Part shown: positions 57,765 to 64,000 of the stretch, one piece after another
Position numbering within the stretch: the stretch's first letter is position 1
How the letters are laid out: the number at the start of each line of letters is the position of its first letter
Origin: Lytechinus pictus
Lineage: Eukaryota
Assembly: GCF_037042905.1 (NCBI RefSeq)
Contig: NC_087263.1
Location: 10,170,001-10,234,000 of the forward strand
Reading direction: 5' to 3'
Length of the DNA stretch: 64,000 nucleotides
Notes under the pieces: model-generated
The model's database searches: none
The model's input: the letters and a program-made list of their open reading frames with translations, nothing else
Told to the model about the DNA's origin: nothing
Translations under genes and position numbers: made by a program

Positions 57765-57945
57765 AGGTGTTTCATAAAGCTGTTCGTAAGTTAAGAGCGA
57801 CTTTAAGAACGACTGATGATCCTTTCTTATGGTAAATGATATTCACCATTAATGTTCATTTGTGATTATTTAGCGCGTAAGAAAGGTTCACCAGTCGTTC
57901 TTAAAGTCGCTCTTAACTTACGAAGAGCTTTATGAAACGGCCCCC
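57765..57945. mobile_element. Palindromic MITE family (GTTTCATAAAGCTGTTCGTAAG)
   Basis: Hairpin element; related copies at ~26921-27095 and ~47610-47790. Confidence 0.7.
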
Positions 57946-58149
57946 AGGTATGAAACAAAATAGAAGCCTATTTATATGCCTTGCTTGCAGCTCAACGATT
58001 TGTGTTCAATTATGTTTTTCAAACACGAATTGCGATTGGATAGTGGTAGGTGCATGAATGTTCAACAGTCTGTGTAACCAACATTAATCTTAAGTGTCAT
58101 GTTGCTATCAAATGCAAACTTCTGTGTTACTAGTCCATATAGTGATTAA

Positions 58150-58751
58150 AGGGATGATCGAGGCAAAAAATATTTATATCTAAGTAAATAGAGTAAAATT
58201 CACTGAGCAAAATACTGAAAATTTCATCAAAATCGGATAACAAATAACAAGTTTATTGAATTTAAAAGTTTATAGATACTTTGGGAAAACAGTTATATGC
58301 ACATCGTCATGAATATTCATTAGGTGGGCTGATGATGTCATATCCCCACTTTCCTTTTTCTCATGTTATTACATGAAATCATAAATGTTTCATTTTTTCA
58401 TACATGTGTAAATGATGTGTCTCCTTTATGATGAAATAAGTTGCGGCAATAAATAACTAATGTATTTAATCAATTGTCAATCCAATTGTTTTAGATCTTG
58501 GTAGAAAAATCTTTAATAAACCTAATTTCATATAATAAAATACAAAAGAACAAGTGGGGATATGACATCATCAGCCTACCTAATGAATATTCATAAAGAC
58601 ATGCCTAGAACTGTTTCACCAAAATAATGCAAATCTTTAAAATTCAATAACTTCGTTATTTGTTATCCAATTTTTATCAAATTTTCAGCATTTTGCTTTG
58701 TGAATTCTACTCTACTTATTGAGACATAAATATTTCTAGCCTTGACCATCC
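58150..58751. mobile_element. Kolobok-like MITE family B
   Basis: TTAA flanks and long imperfect inverted arms; a related partial copy starts at ~59701. Confidence 0.65.
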
Positions 58752-60257
58752 TTAAGTGCACTTATTAACATGTATACATTGTATAACTCTACTTGAACAA
58801 CAGCGTTGAATTGTGCAACATCTCTGCTACGTGTGTGTGATTGTTGGGTATTAATAAATTATTTTCATTTTGAGGTTGTAGTATAGTTTGACAAATGTAC
58901 ATTAGTTCCTTTTGTGTTAATTTGATGTTAATAGTCTTGCCTAATTGCTGTGTTTTGTACTTGGGGAATTGCCAATCCATCAAAATATATAGTGTAATTG
59001 TATGTTGGTTTCACTATAGATGCTATGAAAATATACCACACAATATGATGAAATGTTTAACCCCAAGTTTATTGTGTTATATGTAAGCCTTATTTTTTTC
59101 ATGTAGAACAAAGAATAAGAACAAAAAACCAATATCATAGAAATCTCACTTCAATATTTGTATTTAAATTTTCTGAATGGATTGATTTAATGTTTATTTT
59201 GTAGGAGTCCCTCTTTTCTTTGTGACAAATAATTGAAAGTGTTTTGGTACACCTTTGAAAACTACATTCAGTTTGTATCACACATATACATGGAGATAGC
59301 TAAAACAGGCGTTAACATAATAATTGTTGAAAGAGGAACTTTCCATATGTCCGTCCATCACTGTCCATTATTTCATGTGCCTTTTTGTTTTTGTGTAGAG
59401 GCAATCAATGAAAAATAAAAAAAAATTGCACATTTTCACAAAATAATGCCTTGTTTGTTTTCTGAAGTATTCTTTATTACTGTCATGCTATGTTTGAAAA
59501 GAAAATGTAAGATGGAAGTGCTATCAGTAGTCATTTTTTTTCTTTATTTTTATTTTTACCTCCTCTGTGACAAATAGACTATTATGGGCAATACAGTACT
59601 TTCACCCTCCAGAAATGACCCTTCTCGTCACAGTAGAGATTGAAGATTTTTTTTTACAGAAAAAGTTGTATAAGAAATTATTTTTGCAAAAGCAGGGTTA
59701 AAGGAGTACTCCTGGCTCAAACTAATTTTTTTATTATATAGGGTAAAATTCATTGAGAAAAAAGTTGAAAATATCATCAATATCTGATAACAAATAATGA
59801 AGTTATTGAATTTTTAAATTTAAAGCAATATTTTGTGAAAACGGTTATATGCACGTCGTCATGAATATTCATTAGGTAATGTCATGTCCCAACTTTCCCT
59901 TTTCTTATTTTATTACATGAAATCATAAATATTCCATATTTTCATATATGTATACATGTGTAGGGCCTATATGCTATGTCTTCTTTATATTATGATAAGT
60001 TCCAGTAATGAATATCTAATGCATTAAATCAGTTGTCAATCTTTTTTCCCCAATTCTCAGAGGACAAAATACAAGAGGAAAAGTGGGGGACTCACGACAG
60101 GCCTCAATTTTTTTAGCCTTTTATTGATATAAAATCGATACGAGCCATGCAGGAGACTAATATAGCACCACATCAAGTCCTCCGCTACTCAAATCTGGCC
60201 ATATTTCTAACCCTCAATGCAACTTTCCGAGCAGTATAGTCTTGTAATATTACAAAC

Positions 60258-60423
60258 CAGGGGACGCGGAACGGTTTTCAAAGTGGGGGGCTGAGCCAAA
60301 AGTGGGGGGGGGGGGCTGACCATGCTAAAAATCACAATCATATGGTCATTTTTACGTTTTTGTACACGGTTTTGGAAAAAAGTGGGGGGGGGGGCTGAAG
60401 CCCCCCCGGTTCCGCGGCCCCTG
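60258..60423. mobile_element. Short MITE with 5-bp TSD CAAAC
   Basis: CAGGGGACGCGGAAC / GTTCCGCGGCCCCTG; CAAAC on both flanks. Confidence 0.7.
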
Positions 60424-61354
60424 CAAACAAAAACCCACTGGAATAATGAGACCAGTTTTCCTACTCAGTACATGCATTCGCATCGCTATGAAATACGTTA
60501 CCAAGAAGCCAATTATCATATAGAAATAATTATGTTAAACAAGTATGTTTCCTCTCAATTATGTTTCAGTTTCTCTATACAAATAGACCAGTATGTAGTT
60601 ACTTCATGGACAAGTTTGATCAAATGACTTCATTTCTTTCATTAAAATAGGCAGATTTCAAAGCAAGATATTACGTGAGCATGCCTTACATAGCAGTATG
60701 AAGAAATTGAATGGACCAGGTGACTAGAATAGCACACCAATGAACACTCTATGAAGGTATTGTTATATTTCTCCTTTAAATGCATTTTATAGCATGTTGT
60801 ACAATGTACTTGGCAAACTGTGAAACGCATTGTTGTTTTTTGTGGATATAAATGAAAAAAAGTGCAAAATATATGAATAATCAAGACGTCAAAGTTAGTG
60901 CTCATCTCATTCAATTTTAAAACACCATCTCACTTTAGTACCAATGACCTTCCTCTGGTCATGCGCAGAGTGGAACTACGAACTGGCATATTATTGAAGG
61001 TCAATGTTTCAAGACCATAAAAAAAGGGGAGGAGAGGTAGGAAGAAAGAAATAAGAAAAGAGAGGGAAAAAATTAATGAAACAAGAAGGGTGATGATCGA
61101 AAAAAAAACCTTTTCAGGTCAACATTCCTATAAAACGAAAAAAAATAGCTCGCTCAATTCGCGCTCATATTGCCTTGAATCGCCTTGAATGAGATAATGA
61201 TTTGCTCAAGAGGATAACTTGTGACTTTAGAAATCCCTTTTTCATGCTCACTATTCGAGTTTCATTATTTTGTTTCAGCAAAACAAGCTCCCCTTGGTTT
61301 AATGGATATACTTGTACGCATCCTGTCCACATGGTAACAAAATCGTTGCTTTAA

Positions 61355-61950
61355 AGGACAAGTCCACCCCAACAACAGGTTGATTTGAATAGAAAGAGAA
61401 AATCCAACAACCATAACATTGAAAAGTTCATCAAAATCGGATGTAAAATAAAAAAGTTATATGATATTTTAAAGTTTTGCTTAATTTCACGAAACAGTTT
61501 TATAGGCACATCATGTTCAGTATGCAAATGAGGATACTGATGGTGTCATCAACTCACTATTTCTTTTGTATTTAATTATATGAAATATTCTAGTTTTCTC
61601 CTCATTGTCAAGTGAAACAACGATTAATTCCTCCCTTGACATGTGGAATTAGCATTGTTTAATTTATGGTTCGGTCAAGCGTGGTCCTTATTGTCAAATC
61701 TGTAAAAAGAAATGAAATATTGTATCCTTCAAACAATAAAAAACAAAAGAAATAGTGAGTGTGGGACATCATCGTCTGACCCATCTGCATGTCACTGAGT
61801 TGTGCATATCACTGTTTTGTGAAAAATAAGCGAAACTTCAAAATGCCATAATTTTTTTTTTACATCCGATTTTGAAGAAATTTTCAGCGTTATGCTATTT
61901 AATTCTCCATATTTATTCCAATCAACATTTTTCTCGGATGGACTTGACCT
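61355..61950. mobile_element. Kolobok-like MITE family A, full copy
   Basis: TTAA-AGGACAAGTCCA ... TGGACTTGACCT-TTAA. Confidence 0.8.
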
Positions 61951-62399
61951 TTAATTTGTCTGGCCAAGTGGAAACATCAAATACGCAGGGCTGGAAGTGA
62001 TCACATCCTCTCGATGTGGCTACCGGATTTTAAAACAAAAATAAACCATTTCCTCTTTCCATCCACCCATTATTAATGATTTCAAGGAGCTTTCGACACT
62101 AAATGCCGTTTTGGAACACAAAATGAAAACACGCTTTAAATTGTTTTAGGCTAGCTCTATAATTGGAAGTTCGTCTTTTTGGGGCGTCAACTCATGCAAA
62201 GAGATGTGCTGTGACTTGTGTCATGCCAATTTCTACTCTTTTTTTCAGGCTGCTGTGTGCTATAGCTCTACCACTTTGCATAAATTTAGGATATAAGGAC
62301 TATTTTTAATAGGAATGATGGTAAACATGCAAAGACATAACGCATAGGTCTATAGGTCTAATGGATTATGAGGAGATAAATTCAGTTGCGTCCAAATTA

Positions 62400-62500
62400 A
62401 GAACCAATTGTTGGTAGTATCGGATGTTATAGTCTTCTTTGATTGGCTGTTAGGTAGACCTATTACGTCACCGGTTCGTCATTTGATTGGCCGTATAAAG
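62400..62500 (+). promoter_or_regulatory. Pol II core promoter (CCAAT boxes, CRE-like site, TATA)
   Basis: CCAAT 62404, ATTGG 62442 and 62486, TTACGTCA 62463-62470, TATAAA 62494-62499. Confidence 0.55.
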
Positions 62501-62534
62501 GTAGGGCTATTTCATCACAGAGATGTCTTTCAAC

Positions 62535-62598
62535 ATGGAGCGTTTTGTCGTTGGATGTATATGCATTCTTTATCTTCTTGCACTTGCCCACCGTAAAG
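62535..62598 (+). CDS. Probable first coding exon of a secreted/membrane protein (signal peptide MERFVVGCICILYLLALAHRK)
   Basis: caacATGG Kozak context, hydrophobic core, strong phase-1 donor AAG|gtaaga, and a TATA box about 40 nt upstream. The rest of the gene is not identifiable in this window. Confidence 0.6.
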
Positions 62599-63289
62599 GT
62601 AAGACATATGACTATACAGTCTCCATTACACAAGTAGTTGGTGATAGAACTGTTCCGGATAGTCACTTGTCAGTCTTTCGAACATTGTGCACATGCAACA
62701 CTTAATCATGGGTTTTGAAAGTTTTGCGATTGGTTTAGGAGAAGTACGTAACCACCAACCGTTTTCCTCTTTCGATTGTTTTGTATGCTTAAGATAGCGG
62801 TGTTTTTTTCTTTTAAAAACTGATCTTGTTATTCTCAATTGATACCTAGCTATACAAGATTTTGTAAATAAAGCATGATCTAACATGTCTTACAATCCAA
62901 TCTTTAAAAAATGAGACTATGCACCATTGGTCGTTCATTAATTTTGCATGCTGGTTTTAGTTTTGAATAATATGCCTATTTCACGTATTCCATTTAGCAA
63001 AGTTCAAGTGTACCCTTTCTTTTTTTGATGATTGACATACTTTATGATATATTTGGCTTTTTAATGTTATTTGTATTTTGTGAACAAAAAATAAAAATAA
63101 AAATACACACATTTCATAATCGCTTTTGCAAATCCGTAAAAAACTCCAATTGCACATATAGCTACCAAGAATGCATATGCCATTTCAATTCATTTATATG
63201 TAGGGTAAAAGAGCACTTTGATTAAAATTTGAATTAAAATAAAAGGGCGCCACCTAGATGTTGAGATAATTGTAAAGTCGACATCTTAT

Positions 63290-64000
63290 TAGCTAAAGAT
63301 TAGACGTCGAGATCTTGGATCTTATTCTCGACATTCTCTAGCAGAAATAATCAGATGACGAGATCCTAAATCTCATCATGCCGACATCCTTTAGAAGGGA
63401 CAATGAGATCCGGATCTCATCCTTTAGACATCTTTTAGCAGAGATAATTAGATGACGGGATCCTAAATGTCATCATGCCGAAATCCAAGAGACAATGAGA
63501 TGATTGAGATCCGGATCTCATCATGTCTACATCCTTTAGCAGAGATAACCAGATGACGAGATCTCGGATCTCATCATATCTACACCCTTTAGCAGAGATG
63601 ATTAGATGATAAGGCCTCGGATCTCATCATGTCTACATTCTTTAGCAGAGAAGATAAGATGACGAGATCTCGGATCTCATCATGTCTACATTCTTTAGCA
63701 CAGATGATAAGATGACGAGATCTCGGATCTCATCATGTCTACATCCTTTAGCAGAGATGAGCAGATGACTAGATCCTAAATGTCATCATGCCGACATCCT
63801 TTAAAAGAGACAATGAGATGATTGAGATCCGAATCTCATCCTTTCGACATCCTTTAGCACAGATGATAAGATGACGAGATCTCGGATCTCATCATGTCTA
63901 CATCCTTTAGGAGAGATGAGCAGATGACGAGATCTCGGATCTCATCATATCGACATCCTTTGGCAGAGATGAGCAGAAGACGAGGTGTCGGATCTGATGT
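63290..64000. repeat. ~53-bp minisatellite, runs off the window end
   Basis: Unit ATGACGAGATCTCGGATCTCATCATGTCTACATYCTTTAGCAGAGATGATAAG, e.g. starting at 63659 and 63712; variant units are interspersed. Confidence 0.9.

Noticed and set aside
63290..64000. CRISPR-like array
   Set aside because: Units are contiguous with no unique spacers, the context is eukaryotic, and there are no cas genes.

Overview
AT-rich, intron-rich eukaryotic (metazoan) DNA. The repeat landscape suggests a marine invertebrate such as a sea urchin, but that is inference only. I built three multi-exon gene models by hand, all with consistent splice phases. (1) ARHGAP1/ARHGAP8-like RhoGAP, minus strand: N-terminus plus BCH/CRAL-TRIO domain, exons from 18226 down to the left edge; the GAP domain lies outside the window. 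(2) TMEM258, minus strand, complete 81-aa CDS, with a U12-type minor-spliceosome intron and a 3'-UTR intron. (3) KIAA2012-like coiled-coil gene, plus strand, 18 coding exons, 35980-54082, about 1253 aa. A probable fourth gene starts at 62535 (CCAAT/TATA promoter plus signal-peptide exon). Introns and spacers are full of non-autonomous DNA transposons/MITEs and tRNA-derived SINEs, and a 53-bp minisatellite runs off the right end. The most unusual structure is a five-element nested transposon stack in ARHGAP1 intron 1 (10685-15959). It contains two elements that share termini but have unrelated interiors, and a 695-bp element whose 16-bp TIRs begin with the RSS heptamer CACAGTG, with a 5-bp TSD and promoter-like motifs inside both ends (Transib/RAG-transposon-like). 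Gene names come from remembered protein motifs, not database searches.
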